A stretch of DNA of 64,000 nt from an uncultured Alphaproteobacteria bacterium (GCA_944393685.1 CALYAW010000001.1:36023-100022); one strand, 5' to 3'; positions 39,259-50,501 are shown, counted from the stretch's first letter. Program-made: numbers and translations. Notes: generated by a model not told the origin, from the sequence alone.

Positions 39259-40842
39259 ATGAATTTATTCAAATCAATCGCCACCTTCGGCGGTTTTACC
39301 TTATTGTCACGCTTTACCGGATTCTTCCGAGATATGGTTCTTGCCAACTACCTCGGCGCCGGCTTAATATCAGACGCATTTTTTGTTGCCTTTAAGCTGC
39401 CAAACCTGTTTCGTAGCCTGTTTGCCGAAGGCGCTTTTACCTCTGCGTTTGTTCCAATGCTGTCGCAAAAACTTGTTGCAGAGAACCGTCAAGATGCAAT
39501 AGATTTTGCAGCCAAAGCGATTTCTGTACTGGCATTTTTTCTCGGTATTTTTGTTATTTTGATGGAATTTCTAATGCCTTTGGTAGTCCAAATTTTAGCT
39601 CCCGGCTTTATAAATGACGGAGGAAAAATAGAATTAGCCACAACCTTATCTCGAATTACTTTTCCCTTTTTATTATTCATATCCATAGTTTCTTTCCAAT
39701 CCGGCATACTAAACTCTCTAGGCAAATTTGCAGCTCCGGCAGCAGCTCCCGTAATTCTAAACCTAATGATGATAGCCTCTGTTTTCGTATTTGTTCCTTT
39801 TAGCCCGACAGCAGCACACGGCATTGCGATTGGAGTAACCTTTGCTGGTTTTATGGAAATTTTATGGCTAATGTTTTTCTTACATCGTCAACAAGTGTGG
39901 CTAAAACCCAATTTCCACATACTCACACTAATCAAAGACCAAACCATCAAAACATTATTCAAACGCATAGCTCCGGGGGTTTTAGGAGCTGGTGTATATC
40001 AAATTAATATGGTTGTAGACACAATTCTCGTGTCTCTTGTCGGTACGGGCGCCATTTCGTGGTTATATTATGCCAACCGCTTACAACAACTTCCTCTTGG
40101 TGTTGTCGGAGCGGCTATCGGCGTAGCTGTTTTGCCGATTCTTTCAAGACACCTAAAATCAGGAGAAGCCGACGAAGCAAAGCACGTACAAGACAAGGCT
40201 ATTGAATATGGAGCACTTTTGTCAATCCCTGCAGCTGTTGCCTTGATTATCTTAGCCGAACCGATTATCAATATTTTATTTCAACACGGCAAGTTTGGAG
40301 CATTTGAAACAGACATGACATCCAAAGCCGTAATCGCCTATGCAATAGGGTTGCCGGCATATGTCATGGTCAAAGCTCTGGCACCAAACTTTTTCGCCCG
40401 CGGGGATACCAAAACCCCCGTAAAATACAGCATAATTGTCTTCATAACAAATTTATTATTTTCAATACTTTTGATGAGACCGTTCGGCCACGTCGGTATT
40501 GCCGCCGCAACCACCATTGCAGCTTTTGTTTCCCTGTATCAGTATTTGCATGGCCTAAAAAAACGTTCCTTTTGGCATATTAGCTCTGCCTTGGTTGTAA
40601 AATGCCTTAAAATTACAACCGCAGCCTTAATTATGGGAGCAATGCTTGAATTGACACAAATCATGCTTAACAATATATACCTTAACTGGCTCAATTTGTC
40701 ATTAATGCCTAAACTTGGCATATTCACGTTTTTATGCATTTTGGGTGTTGCAACTTTTGTATTTGCCGCTAAAATATTAGGCATTCTGGACTTGCGCGAA
40801 ATACTGCACAATTTGCTAAAAAAAGGGAAACCCGCATGCTAA
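39259..40842 (+). CDS. murJ: Lipid II flippase MurJ (MviN)
   Basis: 527 aa. N-terminus FGGFTLLSRFTGFFRDMVLANYLGAGLISDAFFVAFKLPNLFR is canonical MurJ. Confidence 0.9.
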   Translation: MNLFKSIATFGGFTLLSRFTGFFRDMVLANYLGAGLISDAFFVAFKLPNLFRSLFAEGAFTSAFVPMLSQKLVAENRQDAIDFAAKAISVLAFFLGIFVILMEFLMPLVVQILAPGFINDGGKIELATTLSRITFPFLLFISIVSFQSGILNSLGKFAAPAAAPVILNLMMIASVFVFVPFSPTAAHGIAIGVTFAGFMEILWLMFFLHRQQVWLKPNFHILTLIKDQTIKTLFKRIAPGVLGAGVYQINMVVDTILVSLVGTGAISWLYYANRLQQLPLGVVGAAIGVAVLPILSRHLKSGEADEAKHVQDKAIEYGALLSIPAAVALIILAEPIINILFQHGKFGAFETDMTSKAVIAYAIGLPAYVMVKALAPNFFARGDTKTPVKYSIIVFITNLLFSILLMRPFGHVGIAAATTIAAFVSLYQYLHGLKKRSFWHISSALVVKCLKITTAALIMGAMLELTQIMLNNIYLNWLNLSLMPKLGIFTFLCILGVATFVFAAKILGILDLREILHNLLKKGKPAC

Positions 40843-41840
40843 AATTTTATCTGGAAAAACTTCTTGGCCTATCAATATCGTTATTGTCTTTTTTACGTTC
40901 CAACATTATGACGCTATATGCCTTTTTAAAAAGGCATATAACTTCTTGGTCCAAGCTCGGGATTTTAGTCTTTGTGCTTCTTTTTGTTTTATACTATCCG
41001 CTCGGAGCCTTTATGACAAACAGTATTGACACAGATACTTCTTATGAAGCACCTCTAACCCAGAACCGCTCGGCAACTGTTTCCTCTGCAGCCTATCTTA
41101 TCAAGCGCGAAATTAATGATAAAATCTGGACACCCAACCTACCTTTTTTCTTTCCGGCATCTATTTTAGACAATATGCCTTCTTTCCAAACAGGGCTAAT
41201 CTCTGGTATAAACACAGTCATCACCGCCATGTCACAACGCGTTCCTGTTGAAGATAATAGTCAGCTGACACATGCCGCCGAATTACTCAACTATCCTCCC
41301 ACAATCTGGATGTTTTCACCGCAAAACAAATTAATACCGGCTCCCTCATCCAACAGTCAATATCGCAGAGGGCGCAAACGTTTGCTTAAATATAACGATT
41401 CTCTTTCCCGCGGAGAAACAATCTTTATGAAAAGGCCGGAAGATTTAAAATATATCTTAACCAAAATACAACAGAATTTGTTAAAAAGTATGAACATTCT
41501 TGAAAGTCAAATTCGTGAAAATTCAGACAACATATTTGACACTAGGGCCGACGATATATTTTATTACCAACAAGGCAAACTCTATAGTTATTACATGATG
41601 CTCAAAGCTCTTGGTTCAGACTACAAAGATATTATTGTAGCTCATGATACATACCAACCATGGACCAAACTTCTTAAAACACTTGAAGACGCATCACACT
41701 TATCCCCCCTGATTATTCGTAATGGTAGTTTAGACAGTTCTTTTGCCCCCAATCATTTGGCAGTAATTGGTTTATACACCGACCGAGCTGTGTTAAGTTT
41801 GTTACAATTGACACAAAATCTTTCTAAGCTACCGCAATAA
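40836..41840 (+). CDS. Hypothetical membrane-anchored protein
   Basis: 334 aa, N-terminal TM helix then soluble domain. Start overlaps murJ stop. Confidence 0.4.
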   Translation: MLKFYLEKLLGLSISLLSFLRSNIMTLYAFLKRHITSWSKLGILVFVLLFVLYYPLGAFMTNSIDTDTSYEAPLTQNRSATVSSAAYLIKREINDKIWTPNLPFFFPASILDNMPSFQTGLISGINTVITAMSQRVPVEDNSQLTHAAELLNYPPTIWMFSPQNKLIPAPSSNSQYRRGRKRLLKYNDSLSRGETIFMKRPEDLKYILTKIQQNLLKSMNILESQIRENSDNIFDTRADDIFYYQQGKLYSYYMMLKALGSDYKDIIVAHDTYQPWTKLLKTLEDASHLSPLIIRNGSLDSSFAPNHLAVIGLYTDRAVLSLLQLTQNLSKLPQ

Positions 41841-41850
41841 GGAATTTAGT

Positions 41851-42414
41851 ATGATTATAGAAACGCAACAAACACCGGACATTAATGTTATCAATTTTTT
41901 TGCACCTCAAGCTCTTCTAAAATCAGGCTCGGCCGAATTTGTAGATGCAAAATCCGTACGAAAATCACCTTTAGCGGAGCATTTATTTGATATTGGGGGA
42001 ATCTGTTCTGTTTTTATAAATAATGATATGGTCTCAATTACCAAGGAAGAAAACGCCTCTTGGGACACCCTGAAGCCTCAGATTATGGCTGAAATTATGG
42101 ATTATCTTGCAACCGGAGAGGATGTTATGGTCTCCAAAGAAGTTTCCGCCTCATCAGCTGATGTCATCGGGCAAATCAAAGGGTTGCTTAACGCCAGAAT
42201 ACGCCCGGCTGTAAAAAAGGATGGCGGAGATATTGTATACAAAGATTTTCAAAATGGAATTGTTTATGTAGAAATGCAAGGTTCTTGCAAAGGATGCCCC
42301 TATGCCATGGTAACTCTAAAAGAAGGTGTTGAAAAAATTCTCAAAGACTACATTCCCGAGATTAAAGAAGTCCGCAACCTCAAAACTACGGAAGACGAAG
42401 CTCTTGTTAAATAA
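41851..42414 (+). CDS. NifU/Nfu-type Fe-S cluster scaffold protein
   Basis: 187 aa. Nfu N-domain plus C-terminal NifU CxxC motif MQGSCKGCPYAMVTLKEGVE. Confidence 0.75.
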   Translation: MIIETQQTPDINVINFFAPQALLKSGSAEFVDAKSVRKSPLAEHLFDIGGICSVFINNDMVSITKEENASWDTLKPQIMAEIMDYLATGEDVMVSKEVSASSADVIGQIKGLLNARIRPAVKKDGGDIVYKDFQNGIVYVEMQGSCKGCPYAMVTLKEGVEKILKDYIPEIKEVRNLKTTEDEALVK

Positions 42415-42423
42415 ACAATCACT

Positions 42424-43330
42424 AATGATTTTATTTTGCTGCATTTTTTGGAATATTTCAGCCTTTGGCGCGGAATTATATCTTAAACCTGTAACAACGT
42501 CTGAGCTCAAGAAGTTATACGATTTTTACGGCTATCATGGCGAAAAAGATTATCTTATGCTTCCCTCATATAAATACCCGGCTCTTTTTTTATCGCATTT
42601 CCCCAAAGATTTTAACAAAATAACCGATGAAAAAGAACGCAACGCTCTGTTTATAAAGATACTTGCGCCCTTAGCCCTAAAACTCAACCAAGAAATCAAA
42701 CAAGAGCGCTCCCAATTGTTAAATCTCAACAACAAATTTGAACAAAATGAGACATTGAGCAAAAAAGAAATACTCACATTAGAAGAGCTGGCAAAAAAAT
42801 ATGACGTTTTTACACGTCTGAAAGAAGATGAACGCACCCGTTTTCTACTGCGAGAACTCTTGCTGAAAATAGACTTCATCCCCCCCTCATTATTAATAAC
42901 CGCTGCCGCAATAGAAACCAATTGGGGAACATCACGCATTGTCAAAGAAGGAAATTCTTTATACAAAATGCTGGTATGGCATACGGATAAAGGGCTCAAG
43001 CCCATAGGTGAAAAAGAAGATAACACATATCGTATAAAAACATATCCAGACATATACTCATCCATGAAGGATTTTGCACTTTCCCTAAACTCAGAACTAA
43101 AATATGCAGATATGAGAGATATACGCAAAGAATTTTTTTATCGAGACAACATTCCTTTTGGCAATATACTGGCTCCATATCTAATATGGAAAAGTCCGCT
43201 CAAGAACTATGCCGGCATGTTTCAATACACACTTGCTTACTATGAACTTAATATAATTGACAAATCCTCTTTGGATAGTACAATAAGTACGAAACGACTT
43301 CCCAAATCTCTTAAGGCTTTGGTTATGTAA
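42424..43330 (+). CDS. GH73-family N-acetylglucosaminidase (FlgJ C-domain-like peptidoglycan hydrolase)
   Basis: About 302 aa from ATG 42424 with signal-like MILFCCIFWNISAFG. Catalytic region ITAAAIETNWGTSRIVKEGNSLYKM. Confidence 0.65.
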
Positions 43331-43404
43331 CAAAAATGTCATTAGCCTTTTAGAGTAATCCATATTATTATAAAGAATAGACAAAGTTATTGAGAAGAAG
43401 TGCC

Positions 43405-44511
43405 ATGAACAACTCAGAACTAAATAAACAAGACGTCAAAAATCTTGCCGACAACCCTAAATATGCAACAAAATCCGTTGTGGCACAAAAAGTCGGCGTC
43501 TATTACAATGGTCGTACCGTAACGCCAAACGGCAAGAAATTAGCCGAAGACATTTTTCGGATAATGGTTCGTGACGTTGAGGTTAAAGTTCGCCAAGTTC
43601 TGGCAGACAGCCTTAAGAACTGTCACAACCTTCCTCAAGATATCGTAGATGCAGTTATAAACGATGTTGACACGGTTGCCGCTCCGTTTCTGCAATATTA
43701 TCCGGATATAAGCAATGAGGATTTGATTAAGATTCTCAACATGCCGAGTATCAACAAACAAAAAGCGGTCGCCGGACGATTGAATTTACCAAATGAAATA
43801 TCAGAATACATTGTTGAAAAATGTCCAGAAGAAGTTGTTGGCGTTCTCATCTCTAATGAAACAGCTGAAATACACGAAAAAACATTTTCTTCCATTTTAG
43901 CAAAATACCAACAAAGTGAAGACATTCAAAAGAGACTTGTCTACCGCACCGAATTACCGACTTCAGTTATTGAAAAAATAGCCAATTCATTATCCGAAGA
44001 ACTAAAGAAACGTCTGATACTTTCGCACAATCTTCCGGCAGATTTAGCCTCAGATATTGTTGAAGAGGTCAAAGAAAAAACCACTTTGCGCATTTCCGAA
44101 GAATATAGCTCAGACAAACAAATTGAAGAACTTGTACATCAACTATATACATCCAACAGACTAACTCCGAATTTGGTTGTTCGAGCAATCTGCCTAGGGG
44201 ATCTTAAATTTTTTGAATATGCGATAGTCTATCTTTCCAATACGCCCATACTTGAAGTCCGCAAAATTTTATTTAACACCCAACTAGACTTTATGATACG
44301 CAATCTTCTGCGCAAAGCATATATTCCCAAAACTATGTTTCCGGCGGTATTTAGCGCTCTTAAAATCATTCGAGAGATAAAATTTGATTGTGGACACACG
44401 GATCGTAAATCTTTTGCACACAAAGTAATTGAGCGTATTCTGACATATACGCCAAACAATGAAGAATTAAGTGAAGAAGATATTCGTTATCTTGTATCAA
44501 AAATCAGCTAG
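43405..44511 (+). CDS. Hypothetical protein
   Basis: About 368 aa from ATG 43405. The track ORF begins at a TTG at 43390. Confidence 0.35.
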   Translation: MNNSELNKQDVKNLADNPKYATKSVVAQKVGVYYNGRTVTPNGKKLAEDIFRIMVRDVEVKVRQVLADSLKNCHNLPQDIVDAVINDVDTVAAPFLQYYPDISNEDLIKILNMPSINKQKAVAGRLNLPNEISEYIVEKCPEEVVGVLISNETAEIHEKTFSSILAKYQQSEDIQKRLVYRTELPTSVIEKIANSLSEELKKRLILSHNLPADLASDIVEEVKEKTTLRISEEYSSDKQIEELVHQLYTSNRLTPNLVVRAICLGDLKFFEYAIVYLSNTPILEVRKILFNTQLDFMIRNLLRKAYIPKTMFPAVFSALKIIREIKFDCGHTDRKSFAHKVIERILTYTPNNEELSEEDIRYLVSKIS

Positions 44512-44571
44512 CTTTATATTTTTCTTAAACTTTTTGTTTTACACTTTTTTCTAAGTCACGAGGAGAAAAGA

Positions 44572-46257
44572 GTGCCTAGCAATAACGATATCATTTTATC
44601 CCAAATTCTGGAACTTTGCAAAAAAGTTTCGCAAAAGCAAGATAACAACGATGTTATCATTGCCATCCTATCGGCGGCGGCAGATGCAGCCAATGCAGAT
44701 GGTCGTTTCTTTTTTGAGGTATCTTCGGATAAATATATGTCTCTTAATTATTCTTGCATAAACAGCTTGCAGGCAACACAAAACAGCTCCATAGAAAACA
44801 GTGTTTTTTTTCCTCCTGTACATGTCCCTGACATCCGAAACAAAATGGCCAAACGGCCTGCTGAAATTTGTGCTTACAATCGTGAAATAGTCAATTACTC
44901 CAACATTTTTATGACATCGGAACTTGACACTTCTTTTATCGCCAAATTTGATGAAGAAAATAATTATTCTACAGTTTCTGTACTTGATATTCCGTTGATT
45001 GACCGTAAAGATAACTTACTAGGAGTTGTTCAATTTATAAATGCCAAAGACAACTCCGGCAAAATAATAGCATTTACGGCAGAAATACAAAATATACTTA
45101 TCTCAATGTGCAGTTTGATAACTATTTTCCTTGAAAACCGAATTCTCAGTGCAGACTATAAACAACTTCTGGAATCTTTTATTGAGGTTTTAGCTCGAGC
45201 CATTGATGCCAAATCTCCATACACTGGAAGCCACTGTCAAAGAGTTCCCATTATCACACGCATGTTAGCAACCGCCGCAGTGGAGCAGCAAGAAGGGCCT
45301 TTGAAAGAATTTGATCTTTCTCCTGATGATTGGTACGCTTTGCATATTGCTTCTTGGCTACACGACTGTGGAAAGATTACCACGCCAGAATACATTGTTG
45401 ACAAAGCAACCAAGCTTGAAACCATCAACAACCGGATTCATGAAATTCGCAACCGATTTGAAATTTTACGAAGAGACGCTCATATTACATATCTGCAAAA
45501 GCGACTGGCAAATACAGACAGTAAAGAAAATCTACAAGCCGAATTTGTTGCGCGCGTCAAACAATTAGAAGAAGATTTTGCCTTTATAGCAGAATGCAAC
45601 AAAGGAGATAAAGAGCTCTCCAGAGAAGATATCGATCACTTAGACAAAATATCCACACAACGTTTCACTCGTTATTTTAATCGTATGCTAGGACTTTCTT
45701 GGGCAGAGCGCAACCGTGTAAAAAACAAAGAATTATATGCCCATCCAGCCGAAGAAACACTTTTACAAGATCGCCCGGATCAACTTGTGGAGCAATATAA
45801 TCGTGGTGAACTATATAATCTAAAAACGACGCAAGGAACCATCACAGAGGAAGAACGTCAAAAGATTAATGAACATATTGAAGTAACCATAAATATGCTG
45901 GAAGCATTACCTTTTCCCAAAGAATTGTCAAACATTGTCGAATATGCCGGTTGCCATCACGAAAGAGTTGACGGCAAGGGTTATCCGCGAGGTCTTAAAG
46001 GTAATCAAATGTCAATCCCCGCCAAAATTATGGCCATAGCAGATGTTTTCGAGGCACTTACCGCCAGAGATCGCCCCTATAAAGAGCCCAAAAAACTTTC
46101 CGAAGTTCTAAACATCATGCGAGAAATGAAAAATTCTGGACATTTAGACCCTGATTTATATGAAGTATTCATAAAAAACGGCGTTTACCTTGATTATGCC
46201 GAACAATATATAGAAAAAGAACAAATTGATGAAATAAATCCGGAGGAATATTTATAA
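44572..46257 (+). CDS. GAF-domain / HD-GYP phosphohydrolase (putative c-di-GMP phosphodiesterase)
   Basis: 561 aa, GTG start with AGGAG RBS. HD motif WLHDCGKITTP and GYP motif HHERVDGKGYPRGL. N-terminal GAF-like domain. Confidence 0.75.
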   Translation: MPSNNDIILSQILELCKKVSQKQDNNDVIIAILSAAADAANADGRFFFEVSSDKYMSLNYSCINSLQATQNSSIENSVFFPPVHVPDIRNKMAKRPAEICAYNREIVNYSNIFMTSELDTSFIAKFDEENNYSTVSVLDIPLIDRKDNLLGVVQFINAKDNSGKIIAFTAEIQNILISMCSLITIFLENRILSADYKQLLESFIEVLARAIDAKSPYTGSHCQRVPIITRMLATAAVEQQEGPLKEFDLSPDDWYALHIASWLHDCGKITTPEYIVDKATKLETINNRIHEIRNRFEILRRDAHITYLQKRLANTDSKENLQAEFVARVKQLEEDFAFIAECNKGDKELSREDIDHLDKISTQRFTRYFNRMLGLSWAERNRVKNKELYAHPAEETLLQDRPDQLVEQYNRGELYNLKTTQGTITEEERQKINEHIEVTINMLEALPFPKELSNIVEYAGCHHERVDGKGYPRGLKGNQMSIPAKIMAIADVFEALTARDRPYKEPKKLSEVLNIMREMKNSGHLDPDLYEVFIKNGVYLDYAEQYIEKEQIDEINPEEYL

Positions 46258-46973
46258 TGCCTTTACAAATACACCCTGTTTTGTGCCGTGCCGGAACAAT
46301 GGATAACTATAGCTACATCATAGTTGATGAAGAAACCCTCACCTCAGCTGTCATAGATCCCTCGGAAGCAGCGCCTATTATCACAAAACTCTCCCAACTA
46401 AATCTTTGCCCGCAATACATTTTAAACACACATCATCATTTTGACCACACAGATGAAAACCTGACTATAAAAGAAAAATACGGAGCCAAAATCATCGGCA
46501 ACCAAAACGACCGGAACCGAATTCCTGGTTTTGATATAGGAGTTCTCCCCGATACAACGTTTAGCATCGGCCAATCTGAGGCTCAAATCATTGATGCCTC
46601 TGCACACACGCAAGGCCACATTTTATGGTATTTTCCCTCATCTCAAGCTCTCTTTACGGGAGACACTCTATTTAATCTGTGTATCGGCGGATTATTTGAA
46701 GGCACGCCTCAGCAAATGTACAATGTTTTAGCAAAGATAAAGCGACTTCCCGACAATACTTTATTTTATCCCGGACACGAATACACACTCCATGCCGCAC
46801 AAGAAGCCTTTTTGTACAACAATGGCAATGAAGAAATCCGCAAATATCTATCTCTGGCAGAACAAAACCTAAAACAAGGTTTACCGGCAGGACCTTTCAC
46901 GCTAGAACAAGAAAAAAGCTGTAACCCATATTTGCAAGCCAAAAGCTTGGAAGAATTCAAAAGTCTTTTTTAA
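46257..46973 (+). CDS. gloB: Hydroxyacylglutathione hydrolase (glyoxalase II)
   Basis: 238 aa. MBL motif NTHHHFDHTDEN. Start overlaps previous stop (TAATG). Confidence 0.8.
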   Translation: MPLQIHPVLCRAGTMDNYSYIIVDEETLTSAVIDPSEAAPIITKLSQLNLCPQYILNTHHHFDHTDENLTIKEKYGAKIIGNQNDRNRIPGFDIGVLPDTTFSIGQSEAQIIDASAHTQGHILWYFPSSQALFTGDTLFNLCIGGLFEGTPQQMYNVLAKIKRLPDNTLFYPGHEYTLHAAQEAFLYNNGNEEIRKYLSLAEQNLKQGLPAGPFTLEQEKSCNPYLQAKSLEEFKSLF

Positions 46974-47047
46974 ATATGACAAAATATTAGACAAAATGTT
47001 TTGATTGTGTTATTATGATGTCATAAACCGCTTTTTGGAGAACCAAT

Positions 47048-48862
47048 ATGCCTAAACTGATTGTACCCGCAGCAGCCGATGGAAAAACATGGGACAAACA
47101 AAGAGAAATCGCAGAACTTCAGGACTTTATAGCCAATAAGCCAGATTACTATAAGGGAGGAATGACAGAAATTGCCCTAGGGCATGTCATGCGTGAAACA
47201 GCCAAATACTACTGCTGTGACTTCGCAGAAATAAGAGACCAAGAATTTTTTAATACGGCCCTTTCCGAACAAAAAGATTCAAAATGCGATATTCTGCTGT
47301 GTTCTCCTCGCACAATCAAAAAAGGCAACAAGAGCAACGACCTTAAGGCTCTTACCTCCACACTTGCCGCCATCAAAAAAAATTCCAAACCCTACAAACA
47401 AATTTTTATTCCCATTGGCGCTCTTGACTATGGTGTTAATCACGCCATGACTTTAGCGATTGAAGGCAACAATGCCTATATATTTGAACAATTTGGCGGC
47501 ACACGTTCATATGGAGAAGTAAAACAAGATATAAAACAAGCTCTTTCCGCCCTAGGTTACAATATAAAAATTAACCCCAATCCCCTAACTCCTACCAACC
47601 GGCTTGATTGTGCAACCGTCAGTAGCAAAGTCATTTTTGATGCTATGAATGCCGATTCTATTGAAGCATATTACCAAAAGACATGTAACACCTCTCCGCT
47701 TTATAGCTATAACGATATTGACGGCCATCACCGCATTGATCAACAATTTGCGCGCTTGGCACTCAAAGATATTCAAAACGGGAACCATAATAACCACAAC
47801 CAAACGGCAGATATAATTTTACTGCAAGAATTGTTGACCAAAGCCTCATACAGTGACTTAGAATCCATGCTCTCTTTAACGGAAGAATTTTGGAAAAGCG
47901 ATGATAAAGCACGTTTTGTAACAGAATACAAGCCCCAAAAGAAAAACAAAGACAATATTAATGTTGATGACAACGTCAATAATTCAACACCTGACGACGG
48001 TTGGAAGGCAGAAGTTCGTGAAGCTGTTAAAAAAGCCAAAACAGAGCTAAAAACTAATTTTGAAGAATACGAAGATGAAGAACACCCAGAGCGACTTTGT
48101 TTTCGAGACGGAGACGATAAAATCATCTTCTCGTCCAAAAATTCCGTCGCTGTTGAAGGTGATATTCAAACTTTCCGAACAGTATGCGAGACAGCGAAAA
48201 ATCTCGGCTTCAAATCGATAAACTTTGGTAAATTCGAAGAACATCCCGAGTTCAAAGCAAGACTCTACCTGGCATGTCTGGAAAAAGACATGAAAATGAA
48301 TAACGCACCTCAACTGGAAGATCTCAAAGAGTTTCCGGAATATCCTCAAATATTAAAACTCTACGTTCCCAAGAAACGCAAAGAATTAGCGGCCGATTTA
48401 AAAAAGAAAGCAGCTGAATTCAACAAAGCACGAACCGCCGCCCAAAATGATCAAGATTACAAAAGGCTGACTAAAGAGTTGCAAGAAGCAAAAAAAACCA
48501 GAGATAACGATGCCATTGAAAAAGCCAAAGAAGCTCTGTCTCAAAATGCCTCTCATAAAGCACTTGAACAGGCTCGACATCAATATAAAGACGCCATGAA
48601 ACTATCCATCAATTTCTATATTCAATATGGCAGCGAAAACTCCAAACCGGATCAAACCCCGGAACAACGCCGTCAAAAAGTAGAAAAGCATCTGGAAAAT
48701 TACAAGGCAGAGGAGTTTTTCTCTAAAGAATTTATTACAAAAAAAGAGCTTGCCGAAGGCAAAACAGCAGCACCTCGCCAAGCCAAAAGAGAAGAAATAA
48801 ACAAATATTCCCCTGCACAAAAGATTGCTCGTGAAATTATGAACGTTGGCAAAGAACGATAA
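47048..48862 (+). CDS. Large hypothetical protein with K/E-rich coiled-coil C-terminal half
   Basis: 604 aa. N-terminal about 200 aa carry an ordered His132...Glu147...Cys188 arrangement (see findings). No signal peptide. Confidence 0.4.
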   Translation: MPKLIVPAAADGKTWDKQREIAELQDFIANKPDYYKGGMTEIALGHVMRETAKYYCCDFAEIRDQEFFNTALSEQKDSKCDILLCSPRTIKKGNKSNDLKALTSTLAAIKKNSKPYKQIFIPIGALDYGVNHAMTLAIEGNNAYIFEQFGGTRSYGEVKQDIKQALSALGYNIKINPNPLTPTNRLDCATVSSKVIFDAMNADSIEAYYQKTCNTSPLYSYNDIDGHHRIDQQFARLALKDIQNGNHNNHNQTADIILLQELLTKASYSDLESMLSLTEEFWKSDDKARFVTEYKPQKKNKDNINVDDNVNNSTPDDGWKAEVREAVKKAKTELKTNFEEYEDEEHPERLCFRDGDDKIIFSSKNSVAVEGDIQTFRTVCETAKNLGFKSINFGKFEEHPEFKARLYLACLEKDMKMNNAPQLEDLKEFPEYPQILKLYVPKKRKELAADLKKKAAEFNKARTAAQNDQDYKRLTKELQEAKKTRDNDAIEKAKEALSQNASHKALEQARHQYKDAMKLSINFYIQYGSENSKPDQTPEQRRQKVEKHLENYKAEEFFSKEFITKKELAEGKTAAPRQAKREEINKYSPAQKIAREIMNVGKER

Positions 48863-48870
48863 AATTTATT

Positions 48871-49353
48871 TTATAATACATTCCAGCGTGTCTGACGCAA
48901 AGCCTCCCCAACAACCATTGTCGCGGAAACAGCCACATTAATTGAACGAGCTTTTTCATTCATGGGAATAAGCAGTCTTGCATCAGCAATTTGATGAACA
49001 TCTTCCGGCACTCCGGCAGATTCGCGTCCCATCAAAATAATGTCATTTTGCTCAAATTTGAACTTAACATAAGGTTGGCTTGCATGAGTTGTCAACAAAA
49101 CAATCCGCCCGTACTCTTCAGGATGAGATGCTCGATATTGCAAAAAATCATACCATGAATCATGGCGACGATAATCCACCATATCCAAGTAATCCATTCC
49201 GGCACGACGCATAGCTTTATCATTAAAAATAAAACCGCAAGGTTCAATAATATCTATCGACAAATCCACACAAGCGCACAAACGCATCAAGGTTCCCGTA
49301 TTTTGAGGAATATCAGGCTGAAACAAAGCCAAACGCATATAGTTTCTCCTCAC
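48871..49353 (-). CDS. trmL: tRNA (cytidine/uridine-2'-O)-methyltransferase TrmL (SpoU family)
   Basis: 160 aa MRLALFQPDIPQNTGTLMRLCACV ... SPOUT fold. Confidence 0.8.
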   Translation of the reverse strand: MRRNYMRLALFQPDIPQNTGTLMRLCACVDLSIDIIEPCGFIFNDKAMRRAGMDYLDMVDYRRHDSWYDFLQYRASHPEEYGRIVLLTTHASQPYVKFKFEQNDIILMGRESAGVPEDVHQIADARLLIPMNEKARSINVAVSATMVVGEALRQTRWNVL

Positions 49354-49391
49354 ACTAATTTTATCAACTCTAAATTTAATATAGCCACTAC

Positions 49392-50501
49392 TCAGACATT
49401 AAAGAGGAAGTTCAACAAATCTCCATCTTGAACAACATAATCTTTCCCTTCCGAGCGCATTTTTCCGGCCTCTTTACAAGCCTGCTCTCCGCCGAATTTG
49501 ACATAATCGTCATAAGAAATCGTTTCTGCGCGAATAAAACCACGTTCAAAATCGGAATGAATAATTCCGGCGCATTGAGGAGCCTTTGAACCTTTAAGAA
49601 AAGTCCAAGCACGCACTTCCTTTGGACCTGCCGTAAAATAAGTTTGAAGACCTAATAAATCATAACCGGCATGGATAATTTTGGTTAACCCCGTTTCATT
49701 TAAGCCCAAAGAATGCAAAAATTCTTTTTTTTCATCTTCAGATTCCAGCTGAGCAACTTCGGATTCGATTTCTGCCGATATGATAACTGCTTGCGCGTTT
49801 TCAGCCTTAGCTTTCTCAAACACCCGCTTTGAAAATTCATTTCCTGAAGCAGCAGATTCTTCATCAACATTACACACATACAAAACTGGCTTGGAAGTCA
49901 GCAATTGCAACATTTTATATGCTTTCAAAGCATCTTTGTTCTCTGTTCCCGGCATAGCCGTCCGAGCAGGTTTTCCGGCTTGAAGGGCTTCAATCACGGG
50001 CTGCATGACACTAACATTAAGAATAGCATCTTTATCACCGCCGCGAGCTTTTTTTTGTGCCTGATCGAACCGTTTTTCCAAAGATTCAAGATCAGCAATC
50101 ATCAATTCTGTTTCGACAATTTCAGCATCTCTCACAGGATCCACAGACCCTTCGACATGAGTAATATTTTCATTTTCAAAACAACGTAACACATGGATAA
50201 TAGCATCCACCTCACGAATATTCGCCAAAAACTGATTACCGAGTCCTTCACCTTTTGAAGCCCCCTTAACCAACCCTGCAATATCAACAAATTCAAGCTG
50301 TGTCGGAACAACAGACTTTGGCTTAACCATTTCTACCAGCTTATCCAGTCTTTCATCCGGAACGGCCACTCTACCAGTATTAGGTTCAATGGTACAAAAA
50401 GGAAAATTTGCTGCCTGCGCAGCAATTGTTTGTGTCAACGCGTTAAATAGAGTAGATTTTCCTACATTTGGTAATCCGACAATTCCACAATTAAAACCCA
50501 T
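49392..50501 (-). CDS. ychF: Ribosome-binding ATPase YchF
   Basis: 369 aa MGFNCGIVGLPNVGKSTLFNALT ... C-terminal TGS domain. Confidence 0.9.
   Translation of the reverse strand: MGFNCGIVGLPNVGKSTLFNALTQTIAAQAANFPFCTIEPNTGRVAVPDERLDKLVEMVKPKSVVPTQLEFVDIAGLVKGASKGEGLGNQFLANIREVDAIIHVLRCFENENITHVEGSVDPVRDAEIVETELMIADLESLEKRFDQAQKKARGGDKDAILNVSVMQPVIEALQAGKPARTAMPGTENKDALKAYKMLQLLTSKPVLYVCNVDEESAASGNEFSKRVFEKAKAENAQAVIISAEIESEVAQLESEDEKKEFLHSLGLNETGLTKIIHAGYDLLGLQTYFTAGPKEVRAWTFLKGSKAPQCAGIIHSDFERGFIRAETISYDDYVKFGGEQACKEAGKMRSEGKDYVVQDGDLLNFLFNV

Noticed and set aside
42550-43128. 192-aa minus-strand ORF
   Set aside because: Antisense to the GH73 glucosaminidase gene, which has a clear catalytic motif.
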